A stretch of 64,000 bases of DNA from Verrucomicrobiota bacterium. Lineage in GTDB: Bacteria > Verrucomicrobiota > Verrucomicrobiia > Limisphaerales > AAA164-E04. The translations under genes and the position numbers were made by a program. Below, in pieces: positions 40,493 through 49,871 of the stretch. Where the stretch lies: the NCBI GenBank assembly GCA_047947115.1, contig CP170459.1:5312001-5376000 (forward strand). Direction: 5' to 3'. Under the pieces are notes generated by a model. The model did no database searches. It saw only the letters and a list, made by a program, of their open reading frames with translations, and was not told where the DNA came from. Position 1 is the first letter of the stretch. The number at the start of each line of letters is the position of its first letter.

Positions 40493-43400
40493 ATGATGAA
40501 AAAACGATTGAAAGCGATTGCAGCGATGATCTTGTTGCTCCCTGCGTTCTCCTCCTGGAGCGCGACGATACAGGTCACCGATGCTGACATTCAGTCCAAC
40601 ACTGTTTGGACCTCGGACAATGAATACGTCCTGAACGGACTCGTGTTCGTTGAGAGCGGAGAAAGATTAACCATTGCACCAGGAACGGTCATCAAAGGCA
40701 AACCTGGTCAAGGCGCGGATGCTAGTGCGCTCGTCGTGGCACGTGGCGGACAAATTGTTGCGGAAGGAACTCCCTCAAAGCCTATTATTTTTACGGCTGA
40801 AGGAGATGATGTAAATGACCCGGAGGATTTCGGCGAGACGGATCGTGGTCTATGGGGCGGTGTGATCATCCTTGGTCGCGCCACGCTGAACAGCCCTGCT
40901 GACAGCGGAACTCCGATCACCGACAACATTGAAGGTATCGACATCAACGAGCCTCGCGGCATCTTTGGTGGTGACAACGACCGCGACAACAGCGGCATCC
41001 TACGTTACGTGTCAATTCGCCACGGCGGTACGCTGATCGGTGCCGACAATGAAATCAACGGACTGACCCTGGGCGCTGTTGGAAATCGCACTATCCTGGA
41101 ATTTATCGAAGTCTTCGCCAACTTGGACGACGGCATCGAATTCTTCGGCGGAACCGCTCAAGTCAAATACGCTTCAGTCGCCTTCTGCGGTGACGACAGC
41201 TTCGACTACGATCAAGGCTGGCGCGGTAATGGTCAATTCTGGTTTACCATTCAGGACGCTGACTCCGGAGACGGTGGCGAGCATGATGGTGACATCGATG
41301 ATGATACCAAACTGCCTCTCTCAAAACCTCAGATTTCAAACGCTACCTTCATTGGTGCGGGCAAGGATTCAGGAACTGGCCGTCGCGCTTTCAACATCCG
41401 CGACAATGCCGGCGCTGTTTACCTCAACAGTCTTTTCACCGAATTCAACGGTCGTGCGATCGATATTCAAGACGACTCAATCGGACGCGCCCAGGCTGGT
41501 GACATTAATTTCCTGAACAACCTGTTCTGGAACTTCGGTGCCGGAGACACCCCGGAAACCATCGCCAACGCCAACGCCCAGTTCCTTTTTACGGATGCTG
41601 GAAAGTTGAACAAGATTGTTGACCCCATGTTGACCGGCATCAGCCGTCAACCTGACGCCGCTCTGGATCCAAGACCCACCGCCGCCAGCCCGGCGCTCGC
41701 CGGTCCGGCCATTCAGATCACTGATGATCCAACCGGTTTCTTTACCAACGCAAGCTTCCTGGGAGCATTTTCCTCCTGGAACTGGTTGGCAGGATGGTCC
41801 GCCTTGGCAACTGGCGGTTACATCACCAACGACGCTGGCACCATTCCAAACGAACTCAAAGGAGTGGTTCAGGTCAATGATTTCAGCATCAACGGAAACA
41901 CCGTTTGGAAAGCTGAAAATGAATACGTTTTGAACGGTTTGGTTTTCGTTGAAGAAGGCGAAACCCTCACCATCGAGCCAGGAACAGTCATCAAGGGCAA
42001 ACCCGGCCAGGGCGCTGACGCCAGCGCATTGGTGGTAGCTCGCGGCGGCAAGATCTTCGCTGAAGGCACTGCCGACGCTCCTATTATATTTACCGCCGAA
42101 GCGGACGACGTGAACGACCCGGATGACTTCGGCAGCACAGACCGCGGTCTCTGGGGCGGATTGATCGTCCTAGGACGCGCCACACTGAACAGCCCCGCTG
42201 ACAGTGGTTCACCTATAACCGACAACATCGAAGGCATCGACATCAACGAACCTCGTGGTATTTTCGGTGGCAGCGATGACAGCGACAACAGCGGTGTGAT
42301 CCGCTACGTCTCCATCCGCCACGGTGGAACATTGATTGGTGCAGACAACGAAATCAACGGCCTGACTTTGGGCGCTGTTGGTAGTGAAACCACCATCGAA
42401 CACGTCGAAATCTTCGCCAACCTGGACGACGGTATCGAGTTCTTCGGCGGAACAGCTGAAGTGAAGTTCCTCGTCGTTGCCTACTGTGGTGATGACTGCT
42501 TCGACTACGACCAGGGATGGCGCGGTAAAGGCCAGTTCTGGTTCAGCATCCAGGACGCCGACTCCGGCGAAGCAGGCGAACACGACGGTGACATCGATGA
42601 TGACACCAAGACCCCGCTTTCCAAGCCTACCATCTACAACGCCACCATGATCGGTGCCGGTGTGGACTCCGGCAACGGCAAGCGCGTCTTCAACATCCGC
42701 GACAACGCCGGCGGCAACTACTACAACAGTATCTTCACCGACTTCAACGGTCGTGCGATTGACATCCAGGACGACAGCGCAGGTCGCGGCCAGGCCGGTG
42801 ACATCGACTTCCGCAACAACATCTGGTGGAGCTTCGGTGCCGGATCAACCGGTGCTGAAATCGCCAACGCGAACGCCCAATACCTGTTCGCTGAAGCCGA
42901 TCGCATGAACGAAATCCAAGATCCCATGATCTCAGGTATCAGCCGTGACTTCGATGGAGTGCTTGATCCTCGCCCCGCAGCAGGAAGCCCAGCATTCAAC
43001 AACGCCCTCTTCGGCCTTCCTGGAGACAGTTTCTTCTCCAAGGTTGATTTCCAAGGCGCATTTGATTCACAGAACTGGGCCGCCAAATGGACGGCACTGG
43101 CAACGGGTGGTTACCTCAAGAACGAGGGATTCGGTGTTCCCGGCGGTCAAACCATTCAGGTGACCGACGCCGACATACGAACCAACACGGTCTGGACAGC
43201 GAACAACACTTATGTCCTGAACGGTCTGGTCTTCGTCGAAGAAGGCGAAACCCTGACCATCGAGCCAGGAACAGTCATCAAGGGCAAGCCCGGTCAAGGC
43301 GCTGACGCCAGCGCATTGGTTGTGGCTCGCGGAGGTAAGATCTTCGCTGAAGGCACCGCCGATGCTCCGATTATCTTCACTGCTGAAGCCGACAACGTGA

Positions 43401-46400
43401 ATGATCCCGAAGACTTCGGAAGCACCGACCGCGGTATGTGGGGCGGATTGATCGTTCTCGGACGCGCCACGCTGAACAGCCCTGCTGACAGTGGAACGCC
43501 AATCACCGACAACATCGAAGGTATCGACATCAACGAACCTCGCGGCATCTTCGGTGGAAGCGACGATAGCGACAACAGCGGTGTGATCCGCTACGTCTCC
43601 ATCCGCCACGGTGGAACATTGATTGGTGCGGACAACGAGATCAACGGTCTGACCTTGGGCGCGGTTGGCAGCGGAACCACCATCGAACATGTGGAAATCT
43701 TCGCCAACCTGGACGACGGAATCGAGTTCTTCGGCGGAACAGCTGAAGTGAAGTTCCTCGTCGTAGCTTACTGCGGTGATGACTGCTTCGACTACGACCA
43801 GGGATGGCGCGGTAAAGGCCAGTTCTGGTTCAGCATCCAGGACGCCGACTCCGGTGAAGCAGGCGAACACGACGGTGACATCGATGATGACACCAAGACC
43901 CCGCTTTCCAAGCCTACCATCTACAACGCCACCATGATCGGTGCCGGTGTGGACTCCGGCAACGGCAAGCGCGTCTTCAACATCCGCGACAACGCCGGCG
44001 GCAACTACTACAACAGTATCTTCACCGATTTCAACGGTCGTGCGATTGACATCCAGGACGACAGCGCAGGTCGCGCTCAAGCCGGTGACATCGACTTCCG
44101 CAACAACATCTGGTGGAGCTTCGGTGCCGGATCAACCGGTGCTGAAATCGCCAACGCGAACGCCCAATACCTGTTCACGGAAGCCGATCGCATGAACACG
44201 ATTGAAGATCCGATGCTGACCGGTATCAGCCGCGACTTCGATGCCATGCTCGATCCTCGTCCAACCGCTGGAAGTCCTGCTTTGAGCAATGCCCTGAACG
44301 CCTTGCCTGGAGATAACTTCTTCATGAACGTTGGATTCCAAGGCGCATTTGGTGCCGAAAACTGGGCCACCCAGTGGACCGCATTGGCTACGGGCGGTTA
44401 TATCAGCCCCGAAGGATTCGGAGTTCCCGCCTCTCAGGCCGGAAGCATTCAAGTCACCGATGCCGATATTCAAGGCAACACGGTCTGGACTGCTGACAAC
44501 GAATATGTCTTGAACGGTCTGGTCTTTGTCGAAGACGGCGAAACCCTGACCATCGAGCCAGGAACAGTCATCAAGGGCAAACCCGGTCAAGGCGCTGACG
44601 CCAGTGCACTGGTTGTGGCTCGCGGAGGTAAGATCTTCGCTGAAGGCACCGCCGATGCTCCGATTATCTTCACTGCTGAAGCCGACAACGTGAATGATCC
44701 CGAAGACTTCGGAAGCACCGACCGCGGTATGTGGGGCGGATTGATCGTTCTCGGACGCGCCACGCTGAACAGCCCTGCTGACAGTGGAACGCCAATCACC
44801 GACAACATCGAAGGTATCGACATCAACGAACCTCGTGGCATCTTCGGTGGCAGCGATGACAGCGACGACAGCGGTATCCTCCGCTACGTCTCTATCCGTC
44901 ACGGCGGAACGCTGATTGGAGCTGACAACGAGATCAACGGCCTGACATTGGGTGCGGTTGGCAGCGGAACCACCATCGAGTTCATCGAAATCTTCGCCAA
45001 TCTGGACGACGGTATCGAGTTCTTCGGCGGAACAGCCCAGGTGAAATTCCTTTCTGTGGCATACTGCGGTGATGACTGCTTCGACTACGACCAGGGATGG
45101 CGCGGTAAAGGCCAGTTCTGGTTCAGCATCCAGGACGCCGACTCCGGTGAAGCAGGCGAACACGACGGTGACATCGATGATGACACCAAGACCCCGCTTT
45201 CCAAGCCTACCATCTACAACGCCACCATGATCGGTGCCGGTGTGGACTCCGGCAACGGCAAGCGCGTCTTCAACATCCGCGACAACGCCGGCGGCAACTA
45301 CTACAACAGTATCTTCACCGACTTCAACGGTCGTGCGATTGACATCCAGGACGACAGCGCTGGTCGCGCTCAAGCCGGTGACATCGACTTCCGCAACAAC
45401 ATCTGGTGGAGCTTCGGTGCCGGATCAACCGGCGCTGAAATCGCCAACGCGAACGCCCAATACCTGTTCGCTGAAGCCGATCGCATGAACTCGATTGAAG
45501 ATCCGATGCTGACCGGTATCAGCCGCGACTTCGATGCCATGCTCGATCCTCGTCCAACCGGTGGAAGTCCTGCTTTGAGCAATGCCTTGAATGCATTGCC
45601 CGGAGACAGCTTCTTCATGCCGGCAAATCACCAGGGAGCCTTCAGCACCTGGAACTGGTTGGCTGGGTGGTCCGCATTGGCTTCCGGTGGTTACATCACC
45701 AATGATGAAGGAACGATTCCTTCCATGCTGCCTGAAGGTGTTGTTGCCATGGAGGACTTCGAAAGCCTCCCATTGGGACCGAACGTGAATGAAGAATTGG
45801 CCGGAGACAATGTCTGGACCAAAACTGCTCCTGAAGGTTGGAGCATTGATGACACGGGTGTTCCTGGCGTTGGCGATGACGCGACCGATGGTGTGACCGA
45901 ATGGGCTGGTTGGAGCTTCACCGACAAAGACTGGTGGACTCAAGCCGCCGGCGATCAGCGTCGCAGCGAATTCACCAAGGCATCCGGTACTATTGCCGTT
46001 GCCGATGGTGACGAATGGGATGATCAGCCCCACGCCGAGGGATTCATCGACACGTTCCTGAGCTGGACCGTGGATGTTTCCTCTGCTGCGGCCCGGTCCC
46101 TGGAGCTTCACTTCGACTCCTCCTGGCGCCCTGAATATGACAGCAACTATCATCAAACAGCGAACGTGACTGTTTCTTATGACGGTGGCGCTCCAGTTCA
46201 AGTCATGTTGTGGGAATCGAATCAAGACAGCCCGAACTACAAACCTGACGCAACAAACGACAGCGTGATTGTCCCTCTTGGAAATCCAGAAGGTGCCAAG
46301 AGCATGGTGGTGACATTTGGTTACTTCGACGCCGGCAACGACTGGTGGTGGGCCATTGACAATGTCAGAATTGCAGAAGGCGGCTATCAGCATATGCTTG

Positions 46401-47227
46401 AGCCTGGTGTGTATGGATTCGAAGACTTCGAGCACCTCGTCCTCGGACCGAACGTGAATGAAGAATTGGACGGAGAAAGCGTCTGGACCAAGGACACTCC
46501 TCGCAACATGTCCATCGATGATTCCGGTGTGGCTGGAGTCGGCAATGACGAAACTGACGGTGTCACCGAATGGGCTGGTTGGAGCTTCGCCAATAAAGAA
46601 TGGTGGACTCAGACTGCCGGAGACCAACGACGCAGTGAGTTTGTAAATGGTATCGGAACCGTGGCCATAGCAGACGGTGACGAATGGGATGACCAACCAC
46701 ACGCTGAAGGCTACGTGAACACATTCCTTTCCTGGGATGTGGATATCACGGGCGCGACCGCTGGTGGATTGGAACTGTCATTCGATTCCTCCTGGCGTCC
46801 AGAATTCGACGACAACTATCATCAAACCGCCAACATCACCGCTTCCTATGACGGTGGCGAGGCTGTTCAAGTGATGTTGTGGGAATCGAATTCCGATAGC
46901 CCTAATTATAAGGACCACGCTCCGAATGAAGCAGTGATCCTGCCGTTGGATAATCCTGCCGGCGCTAAAAACCTGACGTTGACCTTCGGTTATTTTGACG
47001 CCGGCAACGACTGGTGGTGGGCTATTGACAACCTCGTGGTGGCTGAAGCCATGAACCCGGATACAATCGCGATAGCACGCGACGGAGCAAACATCTCCAT
47101 CACTTATGAGGGAACATTGCAGGCAGCGGATACCGTATCGGGTCCTTACAGCGATGTGGCAGGGGCGACCAGCCCGTTCAGCGTAACGGCTGACGCGCCT
47201 CAGAAGTTCTATCGCGCAGTGCGATAA
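40493..47227 (+). CDS. Giant secreted protein: four ~430-aa acidic beta-helix-like domains, two ~215-aa Trp-rich domains and a short C-terminal domain; candidate phosphate-scavenging enzyme
   Basis: Signal peptide. Repeats start at ~40568, 41867, 43154 and 44447, each with NEINGLTLGAVG, NLDDGIEFFGG, DDxFDYDQGW and GEHDGDIDDD. Two GVTEWAGWSF...AGNDWWWAIDN domains follow. The protein ends QKFYRAVR. Confidence 0.9.
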   Translation: MMKKRLKAIAAMILLLPAFSSWSATIQVTDADIQSNTVWTSDNEYVLNGLVFVESGERLTIAPGTVIKGKPGQGADASALVVARGGQIVAEGTPSKPIIFTAEGDDVNDPEDFGETDRGLWGGVIILGRATLNSPADSGTPITDNIEGIDINEPRGIFGGDNDRDNSGILRYVSIRHGGTLIGADNEINGLTLGAVGNRTILEFIEVFANLDDGIEFFGGTAQVKYASVAFCGDDSFDYDQGWRGNGQFWFTIQDADSGDGGEHDGDIDDDTKLPLSKPQISNATFIGAGKDSGTGRRAFNIRDNAGAVYLNSLFTEFNGRAIDIQDDSIGRAQAGDINFLNNLFWNFGAGDTPETIANANAQFLFTDAGKLNKIVDPMLTGISRQPDAALDPRPTAASPALAGPAIQITDDPTGFFTNASFLGAFSSWNWLAGWSALATGGYITNDAGTIPNELKGVVQVNDFSINGNTVWKAENEYVLNGLVFVEEGETLTIEPGTVIKGKPGQGADASALVVARGGKIFAEGTADAPIIFTAEADDVNDPDDFGSTDRGLWGGLIVLGRATLNSPADSGSPITDNIEGIDINEPRGIFGGSDDSDNSGVIRYVSIRHGGTLIGADNEINGLTLGAVGSETTIEHVEIFANLDDGIEFFGGTAEVKFLVVAYCGDDCFDYDQGWRGKGQFWFSIQDADSGEAGEHDGDIDDDTKTPLSKPTIYNATMIGAGVDSGNGKRVFNIRDNAGGNYYNSIFTDFNGRAIDIQDDSAGRGQAGDIDFRNNIWWSFGAGSTGAEIANANAQYLFAEADRMNEIQDPMISGISRDFDGVLDPRPAAGSPAFNNALFGLPGDSFFSKVDFQGAFDSQNWAAKWTALATGGYLKNEGFGVPGGQTIQVTDADIRTNTVWTANNTYVLNGLVFVEEGETLTIEPGTVIKGKPGQGADASALVVARGGKIFAEGTADAPIIFTAEADNVNDPEDFGSTDRGMWGGLIVLGRATLNSPADSGTPITDNIEGIDINEPRGIFGGSDDSDNSGVIRYVSIRHGGTLIGADNEINGLTLGAVGSGTTIEHVEIFANLDDGIEFFGGTAEVKFLVVAYCGDDCFDYDQGWRGKGQFWFSIQDADSGEAGEHDGDIDDDTKTPLSKPTIYNATMIGAGVDSGNGKRVFNIRDNAGGNYYNSIFTDFNGRAIDIQDDSAGRAQAGDIDFRNNIWWSFGAGSTGAEIANANAQYLFTEADRMNTIEDPMLTGISRDFDAMLDPRPTAGSPALSNALNALPGDNFFMNVGFQGAFGAENWATQWTALATGGYISPEGFGVPASQAGSIQVTDADIQGNTVWTADNEYVLNGLVFVEDGETLTIEPGTVIKGKPGQGADASALVVARGGKIFAEGTADAPIIFTAEADNVNDPEDFGSTDRGMWGGLIVLGRATLNSPADSGTPITDNIEGIDINEPRGIFGGSDDSDDSGILRYVSIRHGGTLIGADNEINGLTLGAVGSGTTIEFIEIFANLDDGIEFFGGTAQVKFLSVAYCGDDCFDYDQGWRGKGQFWFSIQDADSGEAGEHDGDIDDDTKTPLSKPTIYNATMIGAGVDSGNGKRVFNIRDNAGGNYYNSIFTDFNGRAIDIQDDSAGRAQAGDIDFRNNIWWSFGAGSTGAEIANANAQYLFAEADRMNSIEDPMLTGISRDFDAMLDPRPTGGSPALSNALNALPGDSFFMPANHQGAFSTWNWLAGWSALASGGYITNDEGTIPSMLPEGVVAMEDFESLPLGPNVNEELAGDNVWTKTAPEGWSIDDTGVPGVGDDATDGVTEWAGWSFTDKDWWTQAAGDQRRSEFTKASGTIAVADGDEWDDQPHAEGFIDTFLSWTVDVSSAAARSLELHFDSSWRPEYDSNYHQTANVTVSYDGGAPVQVMLWESNQDSPNYKPDATNDSVIVPLGNPEGAKSMVVTFGYFDAGNDWWWAIDNVRIAEGGYQHMLEPGVYGFEDFEHLVLGPNVNEELDGESVWTKDTPRNMSIDDSGVAGVGNDETDGVTEWAGWSFANKEWWTQTAGDQRRSEFVNGIGTVAIADGDEWDDQPHAEGYVNTFLSWDVDITGATAGGLELSFDSSWRPEFDDNYHQTANITASYDGGEAVQVMLWESNSDSPNYKDHAPNEAVILPLDNPAGAKNLTLTFGYFDAGNDWWWAIDNLVVAEAMNPDTIAIARDGANISITYEGTLQAADTVSGPYSDVAGATSPFSVTADAPQKFYRAVR

Positions 47228-47270
47228 TCACCTTAACTTGACTTAAATTGGTTGCCTGAGTCAATGCACG

Positions 47271-47305
47271 AAGGCCCCTCGGTTTATTCCGAGGGGCCTT
47301 TTTTT
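47271..47305 (+). terminator. Rho-independent terminator
   Basis: AAGGCCCCTCGG / CCGAGGGGCCTT stem followed by a T-run. Confidence 0.9.
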
Positions 47306-47330
47306 CGCTTAAAAATGGGGCTGCTCAAAA

Positions 47331-48398
47331 TCACTCGAACGGAACACCATTCTCATCCACAAGATCTTTTCCTTGAGCTAATTTAAGAATCTTTTCGACC
47401 AATTCATCGGTTTTCCAGAGATTGCCGACAATGATGTCCTGAATTTTTCCTTCCGGATCGATCAGCACGGTTCGCAAATTGTGGTCCCACTCAAGCAACG
47501 TTCCCTCGCTGCGATAAAACAAGAGACCGAATTGTTCGGTTAAGGCGTCAATATCGATCATCTTACCGGTCGCAAAGGTCCAGGTGTCAGGGTCATGTTG
47601 ATAGGCGCTGGCATACAGTTTCAAGCGTTCGGGGGTGTCGTTCACCGGATCAAAGCTGATGGATAGAAAGTGGACATTGTCGGGCGGGTTATCCATGAGC
47701 TGGAGTTTTTGTTGCGCTTCAAGAAACTGACGGTTCATCTTCGGGCAAAAATCCGGAATGGGGCACCTTGTATAGATGAAGGTCATGGCCAATGCCTTTC
47801 CTCGAAACTGATCCAAAGTGATGGGCTTGGCAAATTGATTGGTCAGGCCATAGTTCGGCAGCATATCCCCCACTTTCAAGGGCTGCACTTCGCGCACCAG
47901 ACGCCAGGGCGCGGTTTCGGATAATTCATCCAAAGAAGGCACATCATCGGACTTTTTCTCGACCCCATCGATCCAGCTGCGCTCTTCGGTGACGTGCAGG
48001 AGGAACATGATGGAATCGTTGGTATGGATGTTGGACCATTCATTGGTGTCACCAATATTAAACGGCATGGTCATCGCTTTCATATAACCGGGAATCTCCT
48101 CATGCTCGATCCGGGCCCTGGAGAGATCCGATTCAATGGACCTCACGACCCCATTGACCGAAAACAATTTGAGATCCTCAATACGCCTTTCTACTGGATC
48201 TCCATCTTGTGACACCGTTGGGACGTTTTCGACCTCAGATACGGATCCGGAAGGTTCAGCCGCTTCCGTAGATGTGATCTGCTCTGTGGACTGTTCAATG
48301 CGGGCTTCATCATAAACGCCGAGCGCCATCCAGAAAAGGCACACAAATAAACCGCTTAAAATAAAAACAGTGGATCGATTTGAATTTCCAAAACTCAT
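47331..48398 (-). CDS. SCO/SenC family protein with an N-terminal CusF-like copper-binding domain
   Basis: IEHEEIPGYMKAMTMPF, FIYTRCPIPDFCP, SFDPVNDTP and DHNLRT motifs. Confidence 0.88.
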   Translation of the reverse strand: MSFGNSNRSTVFILSGLFVCLFWMALGVYDEARIEQSTEQITSTEAAEPSGSVSEVENVPTVSQDGDPVERRIEDLKLFSVNGVVRSIESDLSRARIEHEEIPGYMKAMTMPFNIGDTNEWSNIHTNDSIMFLLHVTEERSWIDGVEKKSDDVPSLDELSETAPWRLVREVQPLKVGDMLPNYGLTNQFAKPITLDQFRGKALAMTFIYTRCPIPDFCPKMNRQFLEAQQKLQLMDNPPDNVHFLSISFDPVNDTPERLKLYASAYQHDPDTWTFATGKMIDIDALTEQFGLLFYRSEGTLLEWDHNLRTVLIDPEGKIQDIIVGNLWKTDELVEKILKLAQGKDLVDENGVPFE

Positions 48399-48723
48399 AC
48401 CCCTTAAATGGCATGAAACCCAACTCATTTCCACCCCTTTTCTGGTTTTACCACCTCCTGACGCCACGCAGTTCGTTTTTTAAAATGGAGGGACCGGTTC
48501 CACCCGGCTCCCAAAATTCCCCCTAAAAACATTCCTGATCAAAAGACGTGGAACGCGGGAAGTCTTAGGTGATCGTTCATTTCAGGTGTTTCCACCGACT
48601 CCGTGTGGGTCAGCAAACGCCCTGAGGTTTTAAGCAGGAGTCCCGACAGGTTGGGAGAATTTGCCCCTCCGAATTTGGGTTTCTAACTTTTGGGCTGCCC
48701 CCATCTCTAGCAAGAACCAACTT

Positions 48724-48752
48724 TTGACCTTTGATGGGCGATCCTCTAGGCT
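48724..48752 (+). promoter_or_regulatory. Sigma70-like promoter immediately before aroB
   Basis: TTGACC-17 nt-TAGGCT, then 6 nt to the ATG. Confidence 0.55.
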
Positions 48753-48758
48753 TGCGGC

Positions 48759-49850
48759 ATGAAAACCGTGAAAGTGCCTTTGGGTGACCGGTCTTATCGG
48801 ATTTTGATTGGACCGGATTTGATGCAGCAGATTGGCAAACAATGTCAAAAGCTGAAGCTAGGGACGTCCTGTGCCATCGTGACGGATGACAAGGTCGGGC
48901 CGCTTTTTGCGGATACCGTGGTCAAATCGTTCGAGGATGCCGGCATCCGCACGACGCTCATCACCATCCCCAACGGCGAACAATCCAAGAACCTCAGGCT
49001 GGTCCATCAATGCTATGACCGATTGGCCGAAGCCCGTCTGGAGCGCAAATCGTTCGTTGTGGCACTAGGCGGCGGGGTCGTGGGAGATCTGGCTGGTTTC
49101 GTCGCGGCCACCTACCTGCGAGGCGTGGATTTCGTGCAGATCCCGACCACACTGCTTTCGCAAGTGGACAGTTCAGTGGGCGGCAAAGTGGGTGTCAACC
49201 TGAAAGCCGGCAAGAACCTGGTCGGAGCCTTTTACCAACCAAAGCTCGTGTTATGCGATCTGGATAGCCTGAAAACTTTGCCTGAGCGGGAGTTCCGAGC
49301 CGGACTGGCCGAGGTCATCAAGTATGGCATCATCGACGACGCCAGACTTTTCAAGCAGCTCGAGAAGGAGATCGACCGACTGCTCCAACTGGACACTCAT
49401 TGCCTGGAAGGTGTCATCGCGCGCTGTTGCCAGATCAAGGCGAAGGTTGTGGGAGAAGACGAAAAGGAAAGTGGCTTGAGGGCCATCCTGAACTACGGGC
49501 ACACCATCGGTCACGCCATCGAAGCCATCACTCGGTACGGAACTTATTTGCATGGAGAGGCCATTTCGATTGGCCAGGTAGCCGCTGGCTATCTATCTCA
49601 ACAACTGACGGATTTTTCAATTCCGCATGCCGACCGGGCCCGGTGTTTGTTTGAACACGCAGGACTGCCCACCACCATCAAGCTTTCGAAACCCCAGCGC
49701 ACCCGACTCATCCAGGCCATGCAACTGGACAAAAAAGTAAGCGCAGGCGAGGTCAAATTCGTGTTGGCCCACCAGATCGGACACGTTACTCCCGGACACC
49801 GGGTTACTCCCTACTTGATCCATGCGGCGTTGGATCATGTTTCAAAATAA
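48759..49850 (+). CDS. aroB: 3-dehydroquinate synthase
   Basis: LGGGVVGDLAGF, PTTLLSQVDSSVGGKVGVN and LNYGHTIGHAIE motifs. Confidence 0.97.
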   Translation: MKTVKVPLGDRSYRILIGPDLMQQIGKQCQKLKLGTSCAIVTDDKVGPLFADTVVKSFEDAGIRTTLITIPNGEQSKNLRLVHQCYDRLAEARLERKSFVVALGGGVVGDLAGFVAATYLRGVDFVQIPTTLLSQVDSSVGGKVGVNLKAGKNLVGAFYQPKLVLCDLDSLKTLPEREFRAGLAEVIKYGIIDDARLFKQLEKEIDRLLQLDTHCLEGVIARCCQIKAKVVGEDEKESGLRAILNYGHTIGHAIEAITRYGTYLHGEAISIGQVAAGYLSQQLTDFSIPHADRARCLFEHAGLPTTIKLSKPQRTRLIQAMQLDKKVSAGEVKFVLAHQIGHVTPGHRVTPYLIHAALDHVSK

Positions 49851-49871
49851 ACCCTTTTCCATTCAGCAATC

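Noticed and set aside
43067..46702. Long minus-strand ORFs (337, 413 and 425 aa) inside the giant gene
   Set aside because: They are antisense shadows produced by the strong codon bias and repeats of the plus-strand gene, and show no protein motifs.
48487..48562. GGAGGGACCGGTTCCAC...GTGGAAC possible REP remnant
   Set aside because: The inverted match is too short and degenerate to support a call.
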